A stretch of 64,000 bases of DNA from Sphyrna mokarran (taxonomy: Eukaryota). Below are positions 11,950 to 23,225 of the stretch, piece by piece. The notes beneath the pieces are model-generated. The model ran no database searches. It saw nothing but the letters and a program-made list of their open reading frames with translations, and had not been told where the DNA came from. Location of the stretch: NCBI GenBank assembly GCA_024679065.1, contig JAGIQG010000019.1:35278001-35342000 (forward strand), given 5' to 3'. The translations under genes were made by a program, and so were the position numbers. Position 1 is the stretch's first letter, and each line of letters opens with the position of its first letter.

Positions 11950-13640
11950 GGAAAGTGGTCAGATATAGAGGGATGTGACTACAGCTAAGGCAGGACCCAG
12001 AGGGCAGGATGTCTACCTCTGCAATTTTCCAATTGCTTGTTTGGATGAAGTTGGGGTGGGGGGGAGGTTGGATGAGCTGATGGACTACAGCCATTTGAAT
12101 GTGGGACAGTATAAGAATGTAGTGGTCGGAGGGAATAGTATAGTGAGGGGGATTGACACTGTTCTCCGTAGCAAGGAGCAAGAGTTTAGATGTGTGGTGC
12201 CTGCCTGGTGCCAGGGTTTCGGACATCTGCTCTGGGCAGAAGCAGAACTTGCAGTGGGGGGAGGAGGGTGCAGTGGTCACAGTCTATGTTGGTATCAATG
12301 ACAAAGGTAGAATGAGGAGAGATTCTGCTTAAAGAATTTGAGGATGTAGGCACTAAATTTAACAATAGAACCTCCAAGATTATTGTCTCTGGATTATTAC
12401 CTGAGCTGTGTGCAAATTAGCACTGGGCACAAAAATAGAGAGATGAATACTTGATTCAAAGCTGGTGCAGGAGAAGTAAAGTTTGGTTTGTGGGGCATTG
12501 GCATCTGTTTTGGAGGAAGTGGGGACTGTACTGTTGGGATGGTCTACACCTGAACTAGTATTTCTTGCAAACCACATAATTGGGGCAATAGAGAGGGTGT
12601 TAAACTAAACAGAGGGGGATAGTTTTGGAGAAGGGATACGTAAGTTTATAATACATAAAAAGATATAATAGTGATAAAAGGCACCTATTTCAGAAATGAT
12701 AAGCAGTGTGTGACAGGAAGGGACATAGTGCACAAATATTAAATAAAGCAATAAATAAGGCCACAAAGTAAAATTAATGCATGCATAATTTGACACAAAA
12801 TAATGAACTAACAGCACAAGATGATGTTAGTGGGTATGATCACAGGTAAAAACTTGGTTAGAAGGAGATCAAAATTGGGAATTAAATATTCGGGGGATAT
12901 GATTTTTCATAAGGACTGGCAGGAAGGTGGTGGGCTAGCTTTGTTAGTATAAGATGAAGAAATGATCTTGGGTTAGAAGCTATATGCTGGAATTTTACCG
13001 TCTTGCCCACCTGAGACTCGGAAGATCCCGGCTGAGGACAATGGAGAATCCCATTCTGCAAGTCCCATCTGCCCCAATTCTGAATGGGGCAAGGTGGTAA
13101 AATTCCAGCATAGAATCAGTATGGGTGTTGGTAAGAAATAACAAGGGGAAGAAGACACTGGTTGGATTAGTTTCCAGGCCACCTAATAGTAGTTATACCG
13201 TAGGATGGAGAACAAATCAGGAGATAATAAGGCAGGAATTAATCATGGCTAACTTTAAATATTTATGTTGATTGGGAAAATTACATATGGGGCTCTCAGG
13301 GACCTTGGCAGGGTAGAGGCTGAGAGATTGTTTCACCTTGTGGGAGGGTCTAGGACTGAGGCATATCTCAGAGTAAGGGGGTCACCCATTTAAGACAGCG
13401 ATGAGGAGGAATTTTTTTTCTCTCATGAATTTGTGGAATTCTTACCATAGAGTGCTGTAGAGATTGGGTTGTTAAATCTGATCAAGGCTGAGATAGACAA
13501 AAATTTAATATAAGGTAATCAAGGATTATTGGGATAAGGCAGCAAAGTGGAATCGAGGATTATATCAGATCAATCCTCATTAAATGGTGGAGCAGACTCA
13601 ATGGGGCTGAATGGCCTACACTTGCTTCTGTGTCTTATAG
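11950..13640 (+). mobile_element. Degenerate CR1 (ORF1 esterase remnant, ORF2 pieces, 3' end) containing a MITE
   Basis: GNSIVRG, VGIND and DGLHLN esterase blocks; CR1 3'UTR GGCTGAATGGCCTAC. Confidence 0.8.
12983..13112. mobile_element. MITE with 26-bp TIRs
   Basis: TATGCTGGAATTTTACCGTCTTGCCC ... GGGCAAGGTGGTAAAATTCCAGCATA (24/26 complementary). Confidence 0.85.
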
Positions 13641-13659
13641 TATTAGAAAAAAAATAATA

Positions 13660-15250
13660 TCCTGACAAATCGCAAAATGTGATACTTTCCACCCCAGAGT
13701 TTGGAAAGAATTAGAGAGAAAATTGTGGGTTCTTGAGTCATAATCTCCCAAAGCTCTTTTAATGCAGCAATCATTCTTTTAGTTTGGAAAAATTGCTAAT
13801 GTAACTCCATTATTTACAACAGGTAAGGGAAACTAATAAATTTCAGATGTCTGACATCTAGTATGCTGCAGACAGGGACATTAAATTGCAAAGAGACATA
13901 GATAGAGTTAATGAGCATGCAAAATTCTGGCAGATAGAATTCAAGGTAGCTAAACACAAGATCATCTTGTGGACACAAAAGTAGATCATAGAATCCTACA
14001 GTGCAGAAGGAAGCCATTCAGCCCACCAATCACATTCCTATCCAGACCCTATCCCAAGAACCCCATGCATTTACGCTAGCTAGTCCTTCTGATACTAAGG
14101 AGCAATTTAGCCTGGCTGATCCATCTAAAGTGCACATGTTTGGAGTGTGGAGGAAACCAGAGCGCTCAGAGGAAATCCACGCAGACATGGGAGAATGTGC
14201 AATCTCCACACAGTCAAGCCAGGAATCGAACCCTGGCTCTATGAAGCAGCAGTGCTAAGCATTGTGCCAGCGTGCCACCCCAGATTTAGGTGTTATTTAA
14301 ATGGTGAAAAGCTGGGAAGGGTACAGGTCCAATGACATTTAGGTCGCTATATACATTGATCAGTTACACCAGGCACAATAACCAACCAAAATGGCTAAAA
14401 TGTTTATAACACAAAGTCTAGGATATGAGGGGGAGGAAATATTTCCGCAGCCAAGCTGGACCACATCTGGAATACCATGCAGCAGCTCTGGATTGGAGAT
14501 ATTGGTCTTGTTAGAGATGCAGGGTTCCAAGTGTTATCGCAAAAATTTGAGTAAAACAGGTTTTATTCCCTGAAATATTAAACATTGAGGAACGAGTTAC
14601 GTTTTAGGGTTTTTTAGGACGATTGGCCTTAGTTTTGGGTTATGAGATGGCAGATTTAAAACAGAAATGAGGCAGAATTACTTCACTCAAAAGGTTGTGA
14701 ATCTGTGGAATTCTCTATCCCAGACTGCAGTAGATGCTGGAACATTAAACAAATCCAAGGAGGAGATAGAAATTTTTTGAATTAGTAACAGGGTGAAGGT
14801 TATGGAGAGTGAGCAAGAAAGTGGAGACGGGCCGAGATGAGATCGTCCATGATCGTATTGAATAGAGGAGCAGGCTCGAGGGGATGTATGGCCTGTTCCA
14901 GATCCAAATTTTTCTGTAAAGGATTGACAGGGGAATTAAGGAGGAACTTTTTCTGCTGCTGAAGGCACCAAGGACGAGACAACATGACTTTAAAATCTGA
15001 ATTGGGCCATAAAGGAAAGAAATTAGAACTTCTTCACACAAAGGCTGTGGAACTCTTGACCATGAAAGAACAGCAGTTGGTATTGTAATTAATCATATTT
15101 AATCTGAGACCGATAAATGTTCACCAGACAAGGACATGAAAAGAGATAGAACCAAAGCATTTCTTAGAATTATGAAATAGATCAGCAGCGATCTCAGTGA
15201 CTAACAGAATAAGTTCAAGGATATAATTGGCCTATTTCTGTTCCAATGTT
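13660..15250 (+). mobile_element. Cluster of degenerate CR1 RT/3' fragments, interrupted by a SINE
   Basis: LQRDIDRVNE..WQIEF remnant; several CR1 3'UTR ends. Confidence 0.7.
13986..14280 (-). mobile_element. HE1-type (V-SINE) tRNA-derived SINE
   Basis: tRNA-like head with B box (GGTTCGATTCC), V-core TCTCCCATGTCTGCGTGGATTTCC, CR1-like tail. Confidence 0.85.
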
Positions 15251-15524
15251 GTCTTCTTTTAACAATGACCCCAAGTGTTTATGTATTTGTAATGATTTGT
15301 CTAACTCGCATCTACTGATGAACACGTCAATCAAACATTCAGCTAATTTTACTTTTCATTATTAAATTTGTTGATCTTTTAAGATAAATTAAATATTTCT
15401 GTCACACTATGAAGGTAGATTACTCGACAAGATTGATTCTGAGAAATGAATAGTAATGCCTTTAACTTTGCAGAACTGGAGTGAGAATTTGTCATTGTAG
15501 TAAAGTTGAGGTCAAACTTTTACA

Positions 15525-15930
15525 TTAATACTGTCCACAGGATATGCTGCAGAAACTTGCCAAGCTGCACTGACAGAACCTTCCAAACCCACTCTCTGAA
15601 AGCATCCGACGTCACCGGCAGCTGGGATTCTCTGGCCCCGTTGCAGCGAATGGAGTTTTCGCTGGGTGCCAAATTCTCCCTGCTACAGTGGGGCGGGTAT
15701 GAGTGAGATTGTAAAATCCCGCTCACAACAATCTAGAGGACGAGGGCAGCAGATTCAAGGAAACACTGTAGTCTCCAAGTTCCCTCCAAGCCATCAGCAA
15801 TTCCAACTCATTCTTTCACAGTCACTGAGACAAACTCTGGAAATTGTTACCTAAGCTGAGTGTGGGAGTACCATTACCACATGGGCTGTGCCAGTTCAAA
15901 CAGGCATCTCACCGTCACCTACTCAAGAGT
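15525..15930 (+). mobile_element. RTE-X-like LINE 3' fragment with an inserted MITE (~15620-15722)
   Basis: Homologous to 4225-4350 and 53140-53760; MITE ends GCTGGGATT / AATCCCGC. Confidence 0.55.
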
Positions 15931-16239
15931 CACTTCAGTACCCATTTGTACCCGAAAATGAGTTTGGCAACACCCAATCGCTTGGCCATTCACTTAATTC
16001 ACAATCTCCTCAATCCTGACATTACCTGTCACACCAGGGGCAAGGACAGGTGAAGGATGACTGTATACACCTAACCAAACCAGCAGGTTGCCATTGCGAT
16101 GGAAATGGCTGCTCCCTGAATGTTGTATTCTCTGCTGGCCACTGAAATAAAGAAGGAAAATAAAATGTAATGCTAGAAAATAAAATGGGATCTTAAAAGT
16201 GTATGACAGGCAGAAGGAAGTGAGGGGTGGGGAGGTTCA

Positions 16240-16380
16240 TTCAATGGCCAATCAACCTAACCCGTATATCATTGGATTGTGGGAGGAAACCGGAACACCA
16301 AGAGGAAACCCATGCAAACACGAGGAGAATGTGCAAATTCCACACAGACAGTGACCCAAGTCAAAAATCGAACCCAAGCT
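16240..16380 (-). mobile_element. Partial HE1-type SINE
   Basis: GGAGGAAACCGGAACACC..GAGAATGTGCAAATTCCACACAGACAGTGACCCAAG core. Confidence 0.8.
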
Positions 16381-17264
16381 TCAACTCCAAGTTAAGGCAC
16401 GACCTCAGGATGAGGAGACAAGATTAAAAAGCGGAAAAAGACAAGTTTGGGACAGATTGGGAAGCACTTTTCCAGACAGAGTGATTAATCCCAGGAGTCA
16501 GGAGAATAGCAATCGAAAACATTGAAAAGACAGTGTGGTGAAAATGATGTTGGAAAACCTATGGAGGGGGAGGCTGGAGTGGGGGGGAGCAGGGGTACAC
16601 TCTATCAATATAATTTTCATCATTTCCTCTGTAAATAATCAATTCTAACAGCTGTGGGTGGGTGAGGTGGGGTTAACAAAGGATCGTGTGTACGGCTGAG
16701 GAATTTTTGTCTCCATTCGGTTGCAATCACAAAGCTTTCCTACCTTCCAAACATTGTGCTGAAGTCTGACTTTGGTACAAAGACATTTCTTGCTCGGATA
16801 AAGAGCTATCGATTGATGTGTGCAAACGTTTGGAAGGTGAGAAGCAGTTTCAGTTATACAAAGCAGGCAGGATGAGCAGGCACACTCCACCTATGCTTAA
16901 ACCAATGTTCAGTCAGCCTGTGGACTGGAGTCAGAGGCAGCAGCAGCCTCTGGGTCCTTCTATTGTTTCCATTTATTACTTTATGAGGGAGAGGTATAGG
17001 AGCTGTCAGCATTGATTTATGAGAGTGGTGTGCTGCACTGATCCCAACACCCCCTGTACAATTGAAAGCCATTGCTCAGACACAGGCAGCCTTTGTGTGC
17101 TCTCCGAGCTTGGATCATCCCTATTCAATAATATATTTGTTATTACTGCGGCGTGTCAGGCAAGGACATTGCAGCCATAGATATGGTCAGGGTTGTATTA
17201 GTAACCCTCTCAGCTTCGAGTGAGCAGTAAGAATGTAGCTGGACATGGGCTGACACAGAAAGCA

Positions 17265-17843
17265 ACAGAATCAGAAACTCTACAGTGTAGGAGGAGGCCA
17301 TTGGGCCCATCAAGCCTGCATCGACAACAATCTCACCCAGGCCCTATCCCCTTAACCCCTATGCATTTACCCTGCTAATTCCTGAACACTAACATGGCCA
17401 ATCCATCTAACCCGACATCTTTGGGAAAAAACTGGATTACCCAGAGGAAATCCACACAGACATAGAATCATAGAATTCTACAGTGCAGAAGGAGGCCCTT
17501 CAGCCCATTGAGCCTGCACCCAGCACAATCCCACCCAGGTCCTACCCTGCTAATCCCTCTAACTACGCATCTCAAGACACTAAAGGACAATTTTTTCAGC
17601 ATGGCCACGCAACCTAACCCGCACATCATTGGATTGTGGGAGGAAACTGGAGCACCCGAGGGAAACCCACGCAGACATGAGGAGAATGTGCAAATTCCAC
17701 ACAGACAGTGAGCCGAGCCAGGAATCAAACTCAAGTCCCTGAAGTTGTGAAGCAGCAGTGCTAACCACTGTGCTACCATGCCACCCGTACAGACACAGGG
17801 AGAATGTGCAGACTCTACGCAGACAGTGACCCGAGGCTGGAAT
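17265..17843 (-). mobile_element. Two nested HE1-type SINEs (17463-17788 inserted into an older copy)
   Basis: The older copy is split at its core; 7-bp TSD ACAGACA at 17456-17462 and 17789-17795. Confidence 0.85.
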
Positions 17844-18199
17844 GGTCAGCTTTATCAGTCAATTTACCTTCCTGTGACCCCCAGAAAATGGGTGTAAATC
17901 CAGCAGGGGTGACAGTTTTAACTACATGGGAGGCATGTTCTTCCTGATGCCCTGTGGCAACTGCCTGCATTGCCCGTGTATTTAAGGTCCTGTCCTTAAG
18001 GTCCTGTCCTGGCTGGGTGATCCTCACCAGTATTCTGACATTGCAGAGTGATGTTAAACTGGGTGAGAAAGGCACGGGTGAAGCTAGTAAGGAAAATGGA
18101 GAGGTTTCCAACCCTCTGCCTGCTTCTGGTCTCCTCAGTGTATTACACCATGAACAGGCATGGTGTAAATTGAAAGATGGTGAAATAAGTCAGTGCTTA

Positions 18200-18545
18200 A
18201 CCTGCAAGGAGAGTTTGGGCCCATGTACAGTGAGAAGGAAGGAGGCCAAAGAGGACACATTGACAAGACATTTGCTGTGCCTGTGTGGAAAGGTTTTGAG
18301 AGAGGGTGAGAAGATGTTGGAGTGGATAGTTAAAGAGTAGATCAGTATGTCGCAGAGGGGAATGTGGAAAGGGAGGAGAGGAAAAGGTGTGTTTGGCGAC
18401 ATTCTGGAGATGGTGGAGGTGATTGAAGACGATTCATTGACTAGGGAAGCTGGTGGAATGGGGAGGTAAAAGCAAGGGAAATTCTATCATGGTTTTGGAG
18501 TGGAGGGGAAGGAGAGGTATGAGAGCAGCGGCACAGGGAATGCTT
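18200..18545 (-). mobile_element. Degenerate Penelope fragment
   Basis: Similar to 45860-46160 (RT/GIY-YIG linker). Confidence 0.55.
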
Positions 18546-19089
18546 TGATAAGGTTGGTATAATTTCATCTTCTGAGGCAACCCCAAATCTTTCTTAAATG
18601 TGGATTGGTCATTGTCCCACTATTTACTATTTAGATGCCAAAAGAAGGTTTTTGGGCTGCATTTGATGTCAAATGCTTTTGTGATGCCTGGAGTAGCAGG
18701 AGGTGAGATTTACCGGGATGGGAAGGGGGCTGGAGACACAGCTTCACAGGAATGGAGACATCTTGCACTGCAGAGCAGTTACATCCAAGTGGACATTTTG
18801 AATGGGAGCTGAGCCTATGACTGACAGGCCTGAGTGAGTTAGTAATGTGTTTATCAGTGTTCAGCTGCACCACAGCTGCTTCTTCCTATGGGAATCCACA
18901 TCAAGTCAAGTATCGTTTGTGCATGATAGACTCTGTCCCTTCAGTTAACTCGTTTCCTCGAGTTACTGATGGAGTGGTTAAAGAGGTCAGGGAGATGATA
19001 GATGTGGAGGTTGAACAGGACTGGGGCTGAGAATACATTTCTACTGAGGTCTGACTCCCACTCCAGTGTAGGCAGATAGGACAATGACC

Positions 19090-19445
19090 TATCTGACTGT
19101 GAGTGAAATCGTTTTGCACCATAGATAAGGTAAACAGTTGGGAGCTTTCTCCCAGGGCAGAAATTACAATCAGAGGGGAACACAAGTTCAAGGTAAGGAG
19201 GGAAACATTCACTGGAGATGTGCGGGAGAGGTTTTTTTTTTTACACAGAGAGTGGTGGACACCTCGAATGCAATGCCAAGTGAGGTGGTTGAGGCAGTTA
19301 GGTTAGCGACATTTAAGACTTATCTGGATAGGCACATGAACAGCCAGGGAATAGAGAGACAAAGGCCTAGGTAGGACAATATGATAGGTGCAGGTTTGGT
19401 GGGTCGAAGGCCCTGTTCCTGTGCTGTATAGTTCTTTGTTCTTTG
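19090..19445 (+). mobile_element. CR1 3' fragment
   Basis: IDKVNS..RGEHKFKV..FFTQRVV..AMP..FKTYLDRHM; (TTCTTTG)n tail. Confidence 0.85.
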
Positions 19446-19520
19446 TGATTCTCAGTTCCTAAATAGTTGCCTATTCTGTTTTTGGATGGGGAATCTTTTT
19501 TTTGATGTTAGGGAAACATT

Positions 19521-19957
19521 GGGTGGAATCTTCCTGACCCACCCCGTGTGCGAATCGTGGTAAGAGGGGCGAAAAACTCACTGCTTTTCAGTCCATTTAA
19601 CCAATCAGCCTGAACAAACACTCACCCATGGAATCAGTGGCCATGAGGGTGGAAATTGAGGTGGACATCGAGAGTAGACATCAAGGGTGGATATCGAGGG
19701 TGGACATTGAGGAGGCATCGAGGGTGTTCATTGAAGATGGACATTGTAGATGAACATTGAGTGTGGATACTGAGGGTGGACACTGAACATTAAGAGTGGG
19801 CATTGAGGTGGGTATTGAATCAGGTCAGGCCAGTTTGTGGACCATGCCTATTCAGTTTTATTGCCACCATTAAGCCACCTGTTTTTTGTGAGGAGATCGG
19901 GAGATTATTTTGTTCCAGTGCATTTTGAGGTGGCAGGCAGGAAGAATATCGGAGCCA
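19521..19957. mobile_element. MITE-like element containing a 15-bp minisatellite (GAGGGTGGACATTGA, ~19645-19820)
   Basis: Ends GGGTGGAATCTTCCTG / CAGGAAGAATATC; internal tandem repeat. Confidence 0.55.
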
Positions 19958-20121
19958 GTATAAAAAACCAGTGCAGCTCGGTCTGGGAAGGAAGCCTGGT
20001 GTGGGACAGAAGAAACTTACTTTTCAAGCCCAGAATTGTCCTGATCTGAAATCAGATTGGGAACATTTTAAATTCATTGCAAAGGCTTATCTTAATTATT
20101 TCTTTATAGTTATTTGAATCA

Positions 20122-20875
20122 AGAACATGAGAATTAGGACAGGATTCAAGCAATTCAGCCCTTAAGCTACTTCCTCATTCAATACTATCATGGCTGACCT
20201 CAACTCCACTTTCCAGCACATTCTTCATTACCCTTCAACCCATTGCTAATTAAAAATCTGTATTTTCCCTTCTTAAATCAGCCACAGTCTGGGAATAGTG
20301 AATTCCACAGATTCACAACCCTTTGAATCAATTAATTTCTCCAGATCTCTGTTTTAAATCTGCAAATCCTTATTCTGAAACTATGACATCTTGTTCTAGA
20401 ATTTCCCACAAGAGGGAACATCCCTAATCTGTCTATCCTGTTAATTCCCTTTAGCATCGTACATACCTCAACTGGATCTGCCCCCATTCTTGTAAATTCT
20501 AGCACAGATAGGTGTAAACAGCTCAACCCCTCTTCCCGTGGAGCAATGGGCAGAGTTTTCTGGTCATTCACACCCTGCCACTGCTGCAAATGAGGACAGA
20601 GAATTTGATGTCCAGTGGGACCAGAGAATCCCGTTGGTGTGAATGACCAGAAAATAGAACATAAAGTTTTACAGCATGAAAAGAGGTTCTCTGGCCCATC
20701 TGTCTGCTTCAATATCAAGAACCTATCTATCCCAATCCCATTTTCCAGAATTTGTTGTATAGCTACCCTATTTCAAGAGCTCACTCAATACTTCAGAAAT
20801 CCCTCATCTCTGGAATCAATCTAGTGAACCTCCCCTAAACTGTCTCCAATGCAACTACATCCCTCCTCAAATAAA
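20122..20875 (-). mobile_element. CR1 3' fragments with an intervening MITE (20548-20655)
   Basis: GINRIDR..FPL..SRTR.HSFRI..FKTEI..RN peptide; perfect 19-bp inverted repeats at 20556-20574 / 20636-20654. Confidence 0.75.
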
Positions 20876-21125
20876 CCTCAAGGCAAGGTTTGATCAGATC
20901 CAGGATGCTTTTGCTGTCTGTCTGTAAAACAGTTCAGTTTACTGTTGGAGATCTGGTTTTCTAGCCTGCCAGGAGGAGTGGGGAAATGAGGAAGATGCAC
21001 CATCACAGCCTGGGGCATAGGGGAGTGGGCCGGGGAGGCAGAGTATATCCAGATTTGGGAACTGCTCAGGTTTAATTCTGTTATCAATGGCATAACAATA
21101 AAATCCCAAGCTATCCAGAGCAGGG

Positions 21126-21286
21126 AATCAAAACATTAACATGCACCTCTCCCAGTTCCAACCAGAAATTGGCTGTACAGAGCCCAGTGAAACGGATCCT
21201 TCATGTTAATCAAAACATTAACATGCACCTCTCCCAGTTCCAACCAGAAATTGGCTGTACAGAGCCCAGTGAAACGGATCCTTCAT
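21126..21286. repeat. Perfect 79-bp direct duplication separated by GTT
   Basis: 21126-21204 is identical to 21208-21286. Confidence 0.95.
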
Positions 21287-21384
21287 TATATCCATTCAGA
21301 TCACAGGGAGCAGCACAACCTGGATTTCAGCATTAAATACAGAGCCATGATACATGAGCCATGATACATTAAATACAGAGCCTC

Positions 21385-21683
21385 GCTAGCACGAGGGGAC
21401 ACAGCTTTAAATTAAGGGGTATGAGTTATAGGACGGATATCAGAGGTAGGTTCTTTACTCAAAGAGTGATTAGGGAGTGGAATGCCCTGCCTGCAGCTGT
21501 TGTAGATGCGCCAAGTTTGGTGGCGTTTAAGAGGTTAATTGATAAGTATATGGAAGAGAAGGGAATGGTTTAGTTTGGAGGGGCATTGCTTTTTATTTTG
21601 GTCGGCACAACATCGAAGGCCGAAGGGCCTGTTCTGTGCTGTAATGTTCTATGTTCTATGTTCTATGTTCTATGTTCTATGTT
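21385..21683 (+). mobile_element. Short 3' fragment of the same CR1 subfamily as 59.4-63.5 kb
   Basis: Nearly identical to ~63203-63475; long (TGTTCTA)n tail. Confidence 0.9.
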
Positions 21684-21744
21684 AGTGCACACCTGAGATA
21701 AGGTGGACCATTTACTAGTGTGACTATATCTGAGGGAACAGTAA

Positions 21745-22090
21745 ACATAGAACCACAACATAGAAAGTTACAGCACAGAAGGAGGCCATTCGACCCATCT
21801 TGTTCATGCCAGCTAAGGACACCCAGCTGCCCTTTCTAATCCCACCTTCCTCCACCCAGCCCATATCCTTGTAGCATACAGCACTTAAACTGCAGATCCA
21901 GGTACTTGTTAAAAGAGTCCATCACCAATTTGGGCAGCAGATTCCAGACTCCCACCAACCTCTGTATAAAAAATCTCTTCCTTGGGTCCCCTCTACACCC
22001 ATTGCCACTTATCTTGCTTCTATGTCCCCAGTTCTAGAATTCTCCACCGAGCGAAATAATTTTATCCTGAACACTTTATCTCTTCCCCTC
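21745..22090 (-). mobile_element. CR1 3' fragment
   Basis: Tail CATAGAA..ACAGCACAGAAGGAGGCCATTCG and 3' ORF2 remnant. Confidence 0.7.
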
Positions 22091-22929
22091 AATCTTGTGC
22101 ATCTCTTAATTTCCGATGGAGATGATGGAGATGTGTAACACTGCAGTGGGGAGAGAGAGTGGGATGGGTCGGGTAATTTAACCTGTGACCTTTGTCCCTG
22201 AACTCTAACGTGTTGTGTATTGACCCAAATGAAAATGAATAGTCACATGGAATTTAGCAGAAAATGCTGGCAAGGGATGGTGAGGTTAGCAGCACCAGGC
22301 CTAGCCTTCTGGACATGCTGTCTTCAGCGAGTTTTCTTTCACTCCCACCAAGATGCAGCTGCCACAGGATACTCTCTCTCTTGCCCATTGCCAGCAAGTT
22401 TCCCCCTTCTGTTTGGAGACTGAATAATCAATGGCAGGGTCTGGATTCTGAACCCAGTTGGTACAGACGGTTTCTCTCAGTCCACTCTCAGGTTTCTCTG
22501 TTGCAGGGACGATTGTGCAGAGTGTCAGTCTGCACAGCTCATGTGGTCAGTAATCCCTCAAGCAGATATGGTGAGTAAACTCTACTGTAACGCTCCCTCT
22601 CCGGGCCATTTATCACATTATTCTAATTGCTATGCGGTCAGGAGCATCCCAAACCATCAAATGTGTCTGCAGGAATTCACTTACCTGTCAGCACTTTTCA
22701 ACTTTTGCCATTTCATTTTCCCTTAACCTTTAAAATCCAGCAAATAAATCAAAGTTCCTTCAAAGCGAAAGCTGAGTTAGCAATTACTGAGTTGCACAGT
22801 TTCTACAATCATGTGTCCCATTTTTGATTTCTTGAACACCTTCTTGGGGAATTTTACAATAACATCATTGCAGTGTTAATGTAAGCCCACTTGTGACTAT
22901 TAAACAAACTTTCACTTTGATTTATTTCA

Positions 22930-23225
22930 TAATAAAGTTTATTTATTTATTAGTCGCAAGTGGTCTTACATTGACACAGCAATGAAGTTACTACGAAAAT
23001 ACTTAGTTGCCACACTTAGGCTCCTGTTCGGGTACACTGAGGGAAAGTTTAGCATGGCCAATACACATAAGCTGCATATCTTTGGACTGTGGATGGAAAC
23101 CAGACCACCTGGAGGAAACCCACGCAGACACAGGGAGAATGTGCAAACTCCGCATAGACAAGGACCTAAGCTGGGAATTGAACCTGGGTTCCTGGCACTG
23201 AGAGGCAGCAGGGCTAACCACTGCT
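22930..23225 (-). mobile_element. V-SINE with alternative 3' tail (..TTCATTGCAGTGTTAATGTAAGCC..TAATAAA)
   Basis: HE1-like head and core; tail differs from the CR1-type copies; an inverted tail copy sits at 22860-22912. Confidence 0.8.
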
